Notes: generated from the sequence alone by a model not told the origin. A stretch of DNA of 64,000 nt from Verrucomicrobiota bacterium (GCA_049510745.1 JBEKYR010000002.1:1-64000), one strand, 5' to 3'; numbered from the stretch's first letter, positions 50,029 through 62,152 are shown. A program made the numbers and translations.

Positions 50029-53000
50029 TTTTGGGTTCCTCGTTCTGCGCGGCCGCGGTGAAGAAGCGTTGATAGGCGAACGACGCGAGCATGGCAATGA
50101 TCGCCACGCCGATGAACGCGCCGATGCGATAGAGCTGGCCGAGCCGGGCAAGGTCGTGGAAGAAAAGTTTGAGCAGTGTCACGCTCAACAAGCCGAGCGC
50201 GGCGTAACGCGGCGCGGGTATTTTTTTCCGGATGCCGATGACCAGCAGCGCCAGGGCGAACAACGCCCACGCAATGGAATAAGTCATGTCGCGCGCAAAA
50301 CTTCCGCTGAATTCAAAGGTGAGCGTCGAACCGGGCGCGCTGAAAAAATCGGCAATTTCGATGTTCAGCAACAGGAAAGCCAGCACGGTTCCGAGCGCGG
50401 CCAGCATCGGCGGCGCGCTGAAACCGGACACCAAATGGCGCGGCGGCGCCAGCAGCCGGGCGCCGGCGAACAAACAGACCGTCACGATGCCGTAAGCGTA
50501 GAGGTACCAGTTCAAAACCGGCGTGGCGGAGCGCGGATGATAGGCCAGCACGGCGGGATTTAACGCCAGCCGAATGAACGCGGCCATGAGCAAGCCGACG
50601 CCGGTCAGGCGCAGACCCGGATGCGGCACGCGATGAAACAGCCAGAGCAACGCCGCGCCTTCCAGCGCCCAGCCGATGGTAATCCATTGGCGATCGAATT
50701 GGATCGGGAAAATGAGCGTGATGAAAAACAGCGCCACGCCGCCGAACCAGGCGACCTGAGTCAGGCGGGCGGCGCTGGTCGCGGGAATTTTCTTCAGAAC
50801 CATCACCAAACTCAACAGACTTGGAATCACAAACGCCGCGGGGAGCAAACCCATCACCTGATTTGGATAGGCGCGGGCCACCAGGCGATGGATCAGGAAA
50901 AATTGCGGCGGGCCGGACAGAGCGGCGGCGGCCCAGGGAACTACTTTGCCGCTGAACTGCCGCAGGAACAAAAATGGAAAGAGCGCAAATGCGCCAAAAA
51001 AAACGAGATACCAGGTCAGCGGTTGCGGGGCGCGGGCCGGATCGAATTCCTTGAAATGCCAGGCGCATTCCAGCGCGGTCACGCACGCCAGGCCGAGGGC
51101 CGGCATCCATTCGAGCGAAAATAATTTTGTCACGCCGAGCAACAGCACGACCAGCAACAGGGCCAGGCCGAAGACCGGCGACGGATTCACCAGCGGCAGC
51201 CGCAGCGTTGCCATGATGAGCAGCAAAAACGGCAGCACGATGGAACAGGCGGGCAGAATCGCGGCCAAATCTCCCGGCGCGGCCAGATCGTTGCTGAATT
51301 GGAATCCGCTCTTCAGCGCCTCGGGTTGGAATTTCCTCACCAGCCAGATGCCGGCGGCGACGAAGAAAACCGCGAAGGCGCCGAGCAGAAAAAATGGAAG
51401 GGGCAGACCGGTCAGGTCGGACGGGATTTTGAAAATGAGCGCGCCGGTGGCGGCGAGGGTGAGCAGCAACACCGCCAGAACCGGCAGCAACGTGGCCGTG
51501 AGCACAGCGAGCGCGATGGCGAGCAAATCAACGAGCAAAATGAACGGCCAGACGAGAAAGGAAACTTCCGCGAGTTTGAAAACCGGCACGAGCACCAGCG
51601 CGAGCGTGAGAATGGGGAAGAGGTGGTTTGCCCAATTTTGAGCGGCCGCGCCGGGCCGGCGCTGGAGCAGCGCAGGCAAAGCGGAATGGAGAACGGCAAA
51701 GATGAAATAAAACGCCAGCGCGGCGTTGAGCAGTTCGTTTGACAAAGAATTCGCCGTCCACAACGCGAGCAGGCCGAAGACGGCGAAGCCGGAAACAGAT
51801 TGGGCGGGAGAAACATTCTCATCGGCCAGCGTGAGCGCGACGACCATGAGATCAATCAGGAAAACAAAACCGAACATCAGCCACGGCCGTTGCGCGAGCG
51901 GCTCAAAGCCAAGAAACCATGCCGTGAAGGCGTAAGCCACGGCGACCAGGCCCAGCACGGAGCCGGAAAACCACCGGCTGCTTTGCCCGCGGCGCTTCGC
52001 CCACCAGGCGGCCAGAAGATAGAGCGCGTTGAAGCCCAGCAGCACGGCGAGAGCGATCAGGATTTTGTTTCCGTCAAAATATTTTTCGCTGACGAAGAAT
52101 TTTTCCGCCCAGCCGATTTGCATCAAAGCAGTGCCGGCGGCGGCCAGCGCGGTGAGGAAAAACCAGCGGCGATGCAGCGCGACGACGATCAGGCCGGCGT
52201 CGAGAAGGGCGATGTAGCCGAACAAGCCGCCCGGATTGTCCACGCCGGTCGAGAGCAAGATGGGCGTGAGAAAACCGCCGAGCATGCCGAGAATGGCAAC
52301 GACAAGCGCGTTGAGTCGGACCGCGAGCAGGAAAGCGGTCGTGGTGATGAGCGCCATCAGCAGAAACGTCGGGAGCGCTCCAAAAAACTCAAAGTGATAA
52401 ATCGAACGGCAGGCGAACGTCACCGCGTAGAGAATCACGACGCCCGTCGCGCACAAGGTCTGCGAAAGCGCGGGATAATTCCTCCGCGACATCACCAGGC
52501 CGCCCACGAGCAGGCCCAGGCCGGTGACGAACCCAATGGCCACGCGCAGTTCCGGCGGGACGAGATTGTTGTCGAACGAGTATTTGACAAAGAACGCAAC
52601 GCCGAGGAACAGCGCCAGCCCGCCCAACCACGCAAACAGCTTCACGCCCATGAATTGTTCCCAGTTGATGGCGGGCGCCGTTTTGCCCGGCAGCCGCGGA
52701 GACTCCGGCGCTGTTTCCAGCGGAACAACGATGGGGGCGGGGCGCGGTAGAGAAGTTGGCGGCGTGGCGAGGGGAATTTTTTCGAGGGGCGGCGCGGGCG
52801 GGGGCTTGGCGGATATTGCGGGCGCGCGCTCCGGTTGCTTTTGCAGCGCAATGTTCAACACCTCCGCTGTCGTCGGCTCCGGAGGCGGCGCCGGTCCGGG
52901 CTCTTTTTTGAATCGGCGCAGTTCTGCCTCCAGGTAACCGAGCCGGTGGGAAAGCTCGTCAAAGCGGCGCTCGGCATTAAATGCGCGGACAATGAGCCAG

Positions 53001-53059
53001 ATGAATAGAAAAACTGGAACTCCGAGAACGAGGATGACGATGATAGGTATCCATTCCAT
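50012..53059 (-). CDS. DUF2339 polytopic membrane protein
   Basis: WEQFMGVKLFAWLGGLALFLGVAFFVKYSF, LGGFLTPILLSTG, KLFFHDL..YRIGAF. Confidence 0.8.
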   Translation of the reverse strand: MEWIPIIVILVLGVPVFLFIWLIVRAFNAERRFDELSHRLGYLEAELRRFKKEPGPAPPPEPTTAEVLNIALQKQPERAPAISAKPPPAPPLEKIPLATPPTSLPRPAPIVVPLETAPESPRLPGKTAPAINWEQFMGVKLFAWLGGLALFLGVAFFVKYSFDNNLVPPELRVAIGFVTGLGLLVGGLVMSRRNYPALSQTLCATGVVILYAVTFACRSIYHFEFFGALPTFLLMALITTTAFLLAVRLNALVVAILGMLGGFLTPILLSTGVDNPGGLFGYIALLDAGLIVVALHRRWFFLTALAAAGTALMQIGWAEKFFVSEKYFDGNKILIALAVLLGFNALYLLAAWWAKRRGQSSRWFSGSVLGLVAVAYAFTAWFLGFEPLAQRPWLMFGFVFLIDLMVVALTLADENVSPAQSVSGFAVFGLLALWTANSLSNELLNAALAFYFIFAVLHSALPALLQRRPGAAAQNWANHLFPILTLALVLVPVFKLAEVSFLVWPFILLVDLLAIALAVLTATLLPVLAVLLLTLAATGALIFKIPSDLTGLPLPFFLLGAFAVFFVAAGIWLVRKFQPEALKSGFQFSNDLAAPGDLAAILPACSIVLPFLLLIMATLRLPLVNPSPVFGLALLLVVLLLGVTKLFSLEWMPALGLACVTALECAWHFKEFDPARAPQPLTWYLVFFGAFALFPFLFLRQFSGKVVPWAAAALSGPPQFFLIHRLVARAYPNQVMGLLPAAFVIPSLLSLVMVLKKIPATSAARLTQVAWFGGVALFFITLIFPIQFDRQWITIGWALEGAALLWLFHRVPHPGLRLTGVGLLMAAFIRLALNPAVLAYHPRSATPVLNWYLYAYGIVTVCLFAGARLLAPPRHLVSGFSAPPMLAALGTVLAFLLLNIEIADFFSAPGSTLTFEFSGSFARDMTYSIAWALFALALLVIGIRKKIPAPRYAALGLLSVTLLKLFFHDLARLGQLYRIGAFIGVAIIAMLASFAYQRFFTAAAQNEEPKNEPGQ

Positions 53060-53527
53060 AACGTTCTTTGGCGCGGACACTGCGACTTCGCCAAGGAGCG
53101 CAGTCTGCATCGCTCCCGGCGCTCTGGCAAGAAGAACTTTGCCCGGACCGGCCTCAACTCCGCTGTTGGCTTAAGCGTGCGTTCGGTTTATCTTCCGCAG
53201 CGCCATGACACCGACATCGCCACAGTTTTGGAAGTGCCATAAAAGTTGGCGGGAGCGATTCGTAGCGCGGGACCGTGCTTTGCAGGGACTCCACATTGAT
53301 GAAATCACTGGCGGTGCGATATGTTGTGGTGATGTAACCTACTTTAACGACGTTAAAGTGAATCGTTGCACTTGGCTGTAATTCATGTTTTACTAGCTAT
53401 GACGGTAACGATAACGATGTCATAAAAGTGGTTATTATTGCATGTTTTATGGACTTTATCGATGTTTTTGTGCGGTTTTTGCAATAGTCTATTCGGCTGG
53501 ACGTTAACGATAACGTGAGTGAAGCGA

Positions 53528-55411
53528 ATGTTTGTTTATCCAAAAAAGTATGATGTAATCGTGGTTGGGGCTGGTCATGCCGGCGTTGAGGCCGCTCTGG
53601 CGGCAGCCAAGATGGGCGGTTCGACGCTGTTGCTGACCATTAACGCCGATACCATCGGCCAAATGTCCTGTAATCCGGCAATCGGCGGACTGGCCAAAGG
53701 TCATTTGGCGCGAGAGATCGATGCGCTTGGCGGAGAAATGGGGAAAGCGACTGACATGACCGGGTTGCAGTTTCGGATGCTGAACACAAAGAAAGGGCCG
53801 TCAGTCTGGGCGCCGCGCGCTCAATGCGATAAGAAGGCCTATCAGTTTCGGCTGAAATGGATTTGCGAACGGGAGCCGAATTTGGATGTGAAGCAGGGCC
53901 AGGTTGCGAAGATACTTCACAAGGACGGTGCCGCCTTTGGAATCGAAACGACGCTCGACGTTCAGTATCACGGCAAGACGGTCGTCATCACAACGGGCAC
54001 GTTTTTGCGGGGGTTGATGCATATCGGGTCGAACCAGCAATCGGGTGGCCGGGCTGGGGAGGCGGCGGCGATGGGACTTTCGGGGTCGCTAAAGGAATTG
54101 GGGCTTGAATTGGGTCGGCTCAAGACCGGCACGCCCCCCCGGCTGCTGCGTCGAAGCATTGATTTTTCAAAGACCGAGATTCAGCCGGGTGACGAGCCGG
54201 TTCCCTATTTCACCTATTGGAAGGACGATTTGTTCCACGTGGAACATTCCGGGCGGTACCCTTCCGGCTCCATCCTCGAGCGGATTAACGGCCAGTTGCC
54301 TTGTTATATCACTTATACCACAGACGCCACCGCCCAGATCATCCGCGCTAATCTCCACAAATCTCCGATGTATTCGGGCGTCATTGAAGGGGTCGGCCCG
54401 CGTTACTGTCCGTCCATCGAGGACAAGATTGTGAAGTTCCCGGATAAAGAGCGACAGCAGATTTTCCTGGAACCGGAGGGGATTGCGACCGACGAAATCT
54501 ACGTCAATGGCTTCTCGACTTGCCTGCCATTCGAGGTCCAGGTCCAAATGGTCCGAACCATTATCGGTTGCGAACAAGCCGAGATCATGCGGCCGGCTTA
54601 CGCAGTTGAATATGATTTTGCGTTCCCGACACAACTCCAGCCTTCGCTCGAAACCAAAGTCTGCCGCAACCTTTTTCTGGCGGGTCAGATAAACGGCACT
54701 TCAGGTTACGAAGAGGCCGGCGCACAAGGGATCATCGCCGGCATCAATGCCATGCGTCGCATCCAGGACCGTGAACCCATTATCGTTCGCCGGAACGAAG
54801 CTTACATTGGCGTGTTGATTGACGACCTGGTTACGAAGGGAACCATTGAGCCGTATCGGATGTTCACCTCGCGGGCGGAATACCGCCTCCTGTTGCGCCA
54901 GGACAACGCCGATCTGCGCCTCTCCCAACTCGGCTACGACATCGGCCTTTTGCCACTACGCAACTTCCAGAAGTTCCAAACCAAAAAGGCGGCCATCGAA
55001 AGCGAACTTGCCCGGCTCGAAAAGACGCGGGCCGGTTCGGAATCTCTTGCGCAAATGCTGCGCCGGCCGGAAGTGACGTACGCGGACCTGCCGGACCGAA
55101 ACGCGGGGCTGCCGTTGGAAGTCATCCAACAAGTTGAGATAGCGGTAAAGTATGAAGGCTACATTGCCCGCCAGGAAATCGAAGTTGCCAAACTCAAGGG
55201 ACTTGAAGACAAACAAATCCCGCGCTGGCTCGACTACGCCAAAGTGCCGAGCCTCCGAACCGAAGCCCGCCAGAAGCTCTCCAAAATCCAGCCCGCGACC
55301 CTCGGCCAAGCATCGAGGATATCCGGGGTGTCCCCATCCGATGTCGGAATCCTGATGATTTGGATGAGGCAAGGAGCGCCACCGCCTCCAGAACCCGTCG
55401 AGCAGGAGTAG
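53528..55411 (+). CDS. mnmG: tRNA uridine 5-carboxymethylaminomethyl modification enzyme MnmG/GidA
   Basis: VGAGHAG, MSCNPAIGG, KTGTPPR, GPRYCPSIEDK, AGQINGTSGYEEA, YRMFTSRAEYRL. Confidence 0.97.
   Translation: MFVYPKKYDVIVVGAGHAGVEAALAAAKMGGSTLLLTINADTIGQMSCNPAIGGLAKGHLAREIDALGGEMGKATDMTGLQFRMLNTKKGPSVWAPRAQCDKKAYQFRLKWICEREPNLDVKQGQVAKILHKDGAAFGIETTLDVQYHGKTVVITTGTFLRGLMHIGSNQQSGGRAGEAAAMGLSGSLKELGLELGRLKTGTPPRLLRRSIDFSKTEIQPGDEPVPYFTYWKDDLFHVEHSGRYPSGSILERINGQLPCYITYTTDATAQIIRANLHKSPMYSGVIEGVGPRYCPSIEDKIVKFPDKERQQIFLEPEGIATDEIYVNGFSTCLPFEVQVQMVRTIIGCEQAEIMRPAYAVEYDFAFPTQLQPSLETKVCRNLFLAGQINGTSGYEEAGAQGIIAGINAMRRIQDREPIIVRRNEAYIGVLIDDLVTKGTIEPYRMFTSRAEYRLLLRQDNADLRLSQLGYDIGLLPLRNFQKFQTKKAAIESELARLEKTRAGSESLAQMLRRPEVTYADLPDRNAGLPLEVIQQVEIAVKYEGYIARQEIEVAKLKGLEDKQIPRWLDYAKVPSLRTEARQKLSKIQPATLGQASRISGVSPSDVGILMIWMRQGAPPPPEPVEQE
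54231..54246. other. parS centromere site inside mnmG
   Basis: TGTTCCACGTGGAACA, a perfect palindrome matching the chromosomal parS consensus. Confidence 0.85.
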
Positions 55412-55529
55412 CGGGAGTGCCATTGTGGCACTAGAGTGTGACAACATGTCCCATTTACCAGCATTTAGGCTTGAAGCAGTTGTTACATAAGTGGCTTTCA
55501 ATAAACGACATATAACTTTTCATAGCATC

Positions 55530-55545
55530 TGGCACCAACATTGCT
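55530..55545 (+). promoter_or_regulatory. Sigma54 -24/-12 promoter of the dnaK operon
   Basis: TGGCAC-CAACA-TTGCT, ending 26 bp before the dnaK ATG. Confidence 0.75.
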
Positions 55546-55571
55546 CATGAAAAGGGGACAACTGATTTTTT

Positions 55572-57521
55572 ATGTCTAAGGTAATTGGAATTGATCTCGG
55601 AACCACTAATTCTTGCATGGCCGTTATGGAAGGCGGCGAACCGGTGGTATTGGAAAACTCGGAAGGCAAACGCACGACTCCTTCTATCGTCGCCTTCACC
55701 AAGACCGGCGAACGCCTGGTCGGCGACGCCGCCAAGCGCCAGGCGGTGACGAATTCCCGCAACACGGTCTATTCGATCAAACGCTTCATGGGCCGCAAAT
55801 ACGGCGAAGTCCAGGAAGAGTTGAAGCGGGTCCCTTACAAAGTGGTATCCGGCCCCAACGGCGACGCCGCGGTGGAAGTTGAGGTGGACGGCAAGCCCAA
55901 GCAATTCAGCCCGCCGGAAATCTCGGCGATGATCCTGACCAAGCTCAAGACCGACGCCGAGATGCGCCTGGGGGAAAAGATCACCCAGGCCGTCATCACG
56001 GTGCCCGCCTATTTCAACGACTCGCAGCGCCAGGCAACCAAGGACGCCGGCCGCATCGCCGGCCTGGAAGTGCTGCGCATCATCAACGAGCCGACGGCGG
56101 CCTCGCTGGCCTACGGACTTGACAAGAAGAAAAACGAGGAGATCGCCGTCTATGACTTGGGCGGCGGCACCTTCGACATCTCCGTGCTGGAAATCGGCGA
56201 CGGCGTTTTCGAGGTCAAAGCCACCAACGGCGACACCCATCTGGGCGGCGACGACTGGGACAACCGCATCATGGACTGGATTCTGGACGAGTTCAAACGC
56301 GAGCACGGCATGGACCTGCGCAAACAGCCCGACGCCCTCCAGCGCATCAAGGAGGAATCGGAAAAGGCCAAGATCGCCCTTTCCAGCGCCCAAACTTACG
56401 AGATCAATCTCCCCTTCATCACGGCCGACGCCTCCGGCCCCAAACACGTCAGCGCCAAATTGACGCGCGCCAAGATGGAACAGTTGTGCGACGACCTTTT
56501 CGAGCGCACCATCGGCCCTGTCAAGAATTGCTTGAAGGACTCCGGCCTGACCGGCGACAAGATGGACGAGTTGGTGCTCGTCGGCGGCATGACCCGCATG
56601 CCCCGGGTGGTGGAAACCGCCCACGGCCTGGTCAACAAACCCCCGCACCAGGGCGTCAACCCGGATGAAGTCGTGGCCGTCGGCGCCGCCATCCAGGCGG
56701 GCGTCCTCAAAGGCGAAGTCAAGGACGTGCTGCTGCTGGACGTGACGCCGTTGTCGCTGGGCATCGAGACCCTGGGGGGCGTTTTCACCAAGTTGATCGA
56801 CCGGAACACGACGATTCCGACGCGGAAATCGGAAATCTTCTCGACAGCATCGGACAACCAGCCCGGGGTCGAGATTCACGTCTTGCAGGGGGAGCGGCAG
56901 TTTTCGCGCGACAACAAGACGATCGGCAAATTTCATTTGACAGATATTCCGCCCGCCCCGCGGGGCGTGCCGCAGGTCGAGGTGACCTTTGATATTGACG
57001 CCAACGGCATTTTGCACGTCAGCGCCAAGGACCTCGGCACGGGCAAGGAACAGAAGATCACCATCACCGCCAGCAGCGGCCTGTCCAAGGACGAGATCGA
57101 GAAGATGCGCAAGGACGCCGAGAGCCACGCGGAAGAAGACAAACAGAAGCGGGAAGAAGTCGAGGCCCGCAACGAGGGCGACAACGCGGTCTATCGCAGC
57201 GAAAAAATGCTCAAGGACAACGCCGCGAAAATCTCCGCCCCGCAAAAGGAGAAGATTGAAGAAGCGGTCAAGGCCGCGCAAGAGGCGTTGAAAGGGACGG
57301 ACACGTCCGCCATCCGCGCCGCGACCGAGAAACTCAACGAGGCCTGGCAGGCAGCCTCCGCCGACATGTATCGCGCCGCCTCCGAGGCGGCCAAGTCCCG
57401 CTCCGGCCCCGGCCCGGCGGGTCCGAAGCCGCCGCCCGGTGGCCAGCAAGAACCCGGCCCCGGCCAGGGAAAGGAAGAAGGCCCGATTATTGACGCGGAA
57501 GTGGTGGACGAGAAGAAGTGA
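55572..57521 (+). CDS. dnaK: Chaperone DnaK
   Basis: [32 protein letters not shown]. Confidence 0.98.
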   Translation: MSKVIGIDLGTTNSCMAVMEGGEPVVLENSEGKRTTPSIVAFTKTGERLVGDAAKRQAVTNSRNTVYSIKRFMGRKYGEVQEELKRVPYKVVSGPNGDAAVEVEVDGKPKQFSPPEISAMILTKLKTDAEMRLGEKITQAVITVPAYFNDSQRQATKDAGRIAGLEVLRIINEPTAASLAYGLDKKKNEEIAVYDLGGGTFDISVLEIGDGVFEVKATNGDTHLGGDDWDNRIMDWILDEFKREHGMDLRKQPDALQRIKEESEKAKIALSSAQTYEINLPFITADASGPKHVSAKLTRAKMEQLCDDLFERTIGPVKNCLKDSGLTGDKMDELVLVGGMTRMPRVVETAHGLVNKPPHQGVNPDEVVAVGAAIQAGVLKGEVKDVLLLDVTPLSLGIETLGGVFTKLIDRNTTIPTRKSEIFSTASDNQPGVEIHVLQGERQFSRDNKTIGKFHLTDIPPAPRGVPQVEVTFDIDANGILHVSAKDLGTGKEQKITITASSGLSKDEIEKMRKDAESHAEEDKQKREEVEARNEGDNAVYRSEKMLKDNAAKISAPQKEKIEEAVKAAQEALKGTDTSAIRAATEKLNEAWQAASADMYRAASEAAKSRSGPGPAGPKPPPGGQQEPGPGQGKEEGPIIDAEVVDEKK

Positions 57522-57656
57522 CGATACGGGCCGTCTGCCTGGATCGATTGCCGGCCGCCGGCGCGGCGGCCGCGCCTTGAAGATTTTCCCGCCTGTGAGT
57601 GCGGCGGGATTTTGATTCGAAGAGAATAAAAACAAAACAAAAAGGAAAACATAGTT

Positions 57657-57950
57657 ATGGCCATTAACGTCAAACCTCTCGGCGACAGGATTCTTGTCGA
57701 ACCCGCCGAAGAACGCGAAGTCAAGAAGGGCGGCATCATCATCCCCGATACCGCCAAGGAAAAACCCACCGAAGGCATCGTCGTCGCCCTCGGCACGGGC
57801 AAAACCGACGACAACGGAAAGAAAGTTCCGTTTGAAGTCAAAAAGGGCGACCGGGTGCTCGTCAGCAAATACGGCGGCACGGAAATCAAACTCAACGACA
57901 AGGACTACAAAATCCTGAGCACGGATGACATCCTCGCCATCATTGAATAG
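57657..57950 (+). CDS. groES: Co-chaperonin GroES
   Basis: [22 protein letters not shown]. Confidence 0.97.
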   Translation: MAINVKPLGDRILVEPAEEREVKKGGIIIPDTAKEKPTEGIVVALGTGKTDDNGKKVPFEVKKGDRVLVSKYGGTEIKLNDKDYKILSTDDILAIIE

Positions 57951-57981
57951 CCCCAAACGCTTTATCCACTCTAAATTCTAA

Positions 57982-59646
<1,665 letters not shown>

Positions 59647-59680
59647 GCCGTTAATCTCCCAGGGAGAACAGGGGAACCGA

Positions 59681-59718
59681 GCGAGGCTGGCCTTTGGGCC
59701 GGCCTCGCATTTTATTTA
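59681..59718 (+). terminator. Intrinsic terminator after groEL
   Basis: gcgaggctggcc-tttg-ggccggcctcgc followed by atttttattt. Confidence 0.75.
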
Positions 59719-59779
59719 TGCCGGACGCCCTGTGCGTGCTGAACGCATGAAAGGCTTGATTTTGGTTGCTGGCGGCAAC

Positions 59780-59930
59780 ATCCTTCTTGGCAAATGAAAT
59801 GCGAGGCTGTTGCGGTAGTCGCAATATCGCTTGAGCCAGGCGCAGTAACTGTGCTGTGCTGCGAATGCAAGATGGTTGCCCCGTATCACTTCCGTAGTGA
59901 CGGCGCACCGCTTCGTCGGCATTCGCGTGG
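59780..59930 (-). pseudogene. Degraded N-terminus of an integron-type tyrosine integrase
   Basis: Two frames join as NADEAVRR / TEVIRGNHLAFAAQHSYCAWLKRYCDY, resembling the integrase N-terminal SAM-like domain. Confidence 0.5.
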
Positions 59931-59984
59931 CCATTTTGATACACGAACCGCCAGTTGTATATTAATTCTTAACCCGATTCACCT

Positions 59985-60380
59985 ATGATCGCCAAAGACT
60001 ACCAGGAAGTTTATGAAGCGGTGTCCGCGATGATCCAAAATCTGTTTCTTCAAGGTGTAAGAGGCGTAGCCACATTTGGTGAGGTGACCAGCGACGCTGA
60101 ATCCTTTGCACTATCCATACAAACGGCATGTCATCAAGACCGGGTAGAAGAATTGATAAGAGCGAATCCGGGAAAAGCCGCAACATTTCTGACCGTGTTA
60201 GATCAGATTCGTACCGAATTAGATCCCATAGTCAAAAAAACTGGTGCAGAAATGACGGACATTTCCAGAATATGCGTGATTTCAGGCGAGGCAGTGCTTT
60301 ATGCAGTGAAAGCGAGGCGTCGGCGGCGAGAAGGTTTCAGCGGTGCATATTTACCGTACCCTAAGGACGATCGAGTATGA
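59985..60380 (+). CDS. Low-GC hypothetical protein
   Basis: 131-aa ORF, ATGA-coupled to the next gene. Confidence 0.6.
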   Translation: MIAKDYQEVYEAVSAMIQNLFLQGVRGVATFGEVTSDAESFALSIQTACHQDRVEELIRANPGKAATFLTVLDQIRTELDPIVKKTGAEMTDISRICVISGEAVLYAVKARRRRREGFSGAYLPYPKDDRV

Positions 60381-60781
60381 CGGCGCTTGAAGCTATTCCT
60401 AAGATCAGCGAGTTGCTGGCTCGACTCATTAAGCTCTCGAAGAACAGAGAGACAGGGGCGCTTGTTCAACAGATACAGGAGCACCAGCTTGTTATACATA
60501 GAGCATTGGTGGACGCGGACGCGAAGATCCGTGACCTTGAGCGTCAGCTTGAGGCAGAAAAGTTTGAGGAAAAGAGGATTCATAGATTGATTACGTTTAG
60601 ACGTGGAAAGAACACAGGTGGGAAGTGGGTGGCTTTTTGTTCCAAGTGCAATATGCCCGCCGGGCAAGGACAGAACATTTTAGGAAAGGTCGTTTGTATG
60701 GTGGTGTGTTCTGGACATTGCGGGTGGCAAGTTCCGATTCCAGAGACATTACAGCAAGTCATAAAGGAGCTTGAAGGATGA
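60377..60781 (+). CDS. Hypothetical protein with coiled coil and C-terminal Zn-ribbon
   Basis: CSKC and CSGHC Cys pairs after a coiled coil. Confidence 0.65.
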   Translation: MTALEAIPKISELLARLIKLSKNRETGALVQQIQEHQLVIHRALVDADAKIRDLERQLEAEKFEEKRIHRLITFRRGKNTGGKWVAFCSKCNMPAGQGQNILGKVVCMVVCSGHCGWQVPIPETLQQVIKELEG

Positions 60782-60831
60782 CCGTGAGGTTTAAGAAGCC
60801 GCTGCAGCTAACGTTGGTTGGCCGCTTTAGT

Positions 60832-62152
60832 TCACTGCATCACTGCCCGATAAAATCGCGCTGGTTGGCCGACACCGGCAGGGTCAATCAGCGAATACGG
60901 GCTGACCGACAAATTGGTCACGGAAAGCAGATTTATCCAGTTGGGATTGTCTAAATTGGTGCTGTATTCGACCACGAAATTGTTTCCCAATGTGCCAGAC
61001 AGATTCAATTGCGGACAACCTGCCGAAAATTGCAATGTCAACATTGGTGGCACAACTGGCGGAAGCAACAAACGAAACACAGTTCCATAACCATCAACGC
61101 CGGAATTCTCGGACGGTCCGTAGAAATCGCTTCCGCCGAAATGCGTCGTTCCGTAGAAATTGCCGTCATTTCCGAGGATCAGAGTGCCGCCTGGCTCCTG
61201 CCCGTTGGTTCCATTGAATGAAACCAACGTGGTCAAAGCGCCTTTAGGCGTCACTTGGAAAACCGTTCCATACGTTCCTAACGACCCGCTCGTAAAGCCA
61301 ACGCCGCCGCCGCCCGTCGTACCATAGAATTTTCCGTCATTGCCAAGTGTCAGTCCATTCGGATACAACCCGTTGGTCCCGTCGAATGAAACTAACGTGG
61401 TCAAAGCGCCTTTAGGCGTCACTTGGAAAACCGTCCCGTAACCAAGGCCGGCTTGGACCGACCCAAAACCGTCGCCGCCGTATGTTGTCGTTCCGTAGAA
61501 ATTGCCGTCATTTCCCGGCGTCAGAGCGGCTTCCGGACACACGCCGTTTGACCCATTGGCATTGAATACAGCCAGCGTGGTCAACGTGCCGTTGGACGTC
61601 GCTTTGAAAACCGTTCCACAACCGGCGGGGGACGCCGCCGTCTTCCGTCGTGCCGTAGAAATTCCCATCATTGCCCAGCGTCAGCGCGCCCTCAGGCTGC
61701 TCCGCGTTGATGCCATTGAACGAAGCCAATGTGATCAATGTGCCGTTTGTCGTCACTTTGAAAAACGTGCCACCGTCATCATTTTCCCCGTATGGCGTTG
61801 TTCCGTAGAAATTGCCGTCATTGCCCAGGGTCAGAGGGGCGTCTGGCTGTGCTCCGTTGGTTACGTTGAACGAAACCAATGTGGTCAAAGCGCCGTTGGT
61901 CGTCACTTGGAAAACCGTTCCCTCGTTATCGCTGCCGCCTTCTTCCGTTGTTCCGTAGAAATTGCCATCATTCCCCAACGTGAGTCCATTCGGATGGGAG
62001 GCGCCATTGAATGAATAGATGGTTTGTATGCTCTGAGCGCCAACCAGGGACGCCGATGCGATGAACAGAAGCGCGATTACGAATTTGAAAGGCAATTTTA
62101 CCGCATCGGAGCGATAGGGATGAAACGACTTTGCCGAAGCGCTCATAGACAC
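60832..62152 (-). pseudogene. GloVer (Gloeobacter/Verrucomicrobia) repeat surface protein, frameshifted
   Basis: Repeats LTLGNDGNFYGTT..GG..GTVF.VT..G.LTTLVSF across two frames; break at the G5 run 61627-61631; C-terminal RFYRA domain. Confidence 0.8.

Noticed and set aside
53160..53520. oriC upstream of gidA as in E. coli
   Set aside because: AT-rich, but I found no DnaA boxes.
55412..55445. CIRCE element before dnaK
   Set aside because: The GGCACT and GAGTG half-sites lack the TTAGCACTC-N9-GAGTGCTAA spacing and sequence.
57962..57970. DnaA-box-like TTATCCACT between groES and groEL
   Set aside because: A single 8/9 match, expected by chance in a window this size.
60990..62010. Regularly spaced DNA repeats (ccgtagaaattgccgtcatt) resembling a CRISPR array
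   Set aside because: They are coding GloVer protein repeats; the intervening sequences are homologous and no cas genes are present.
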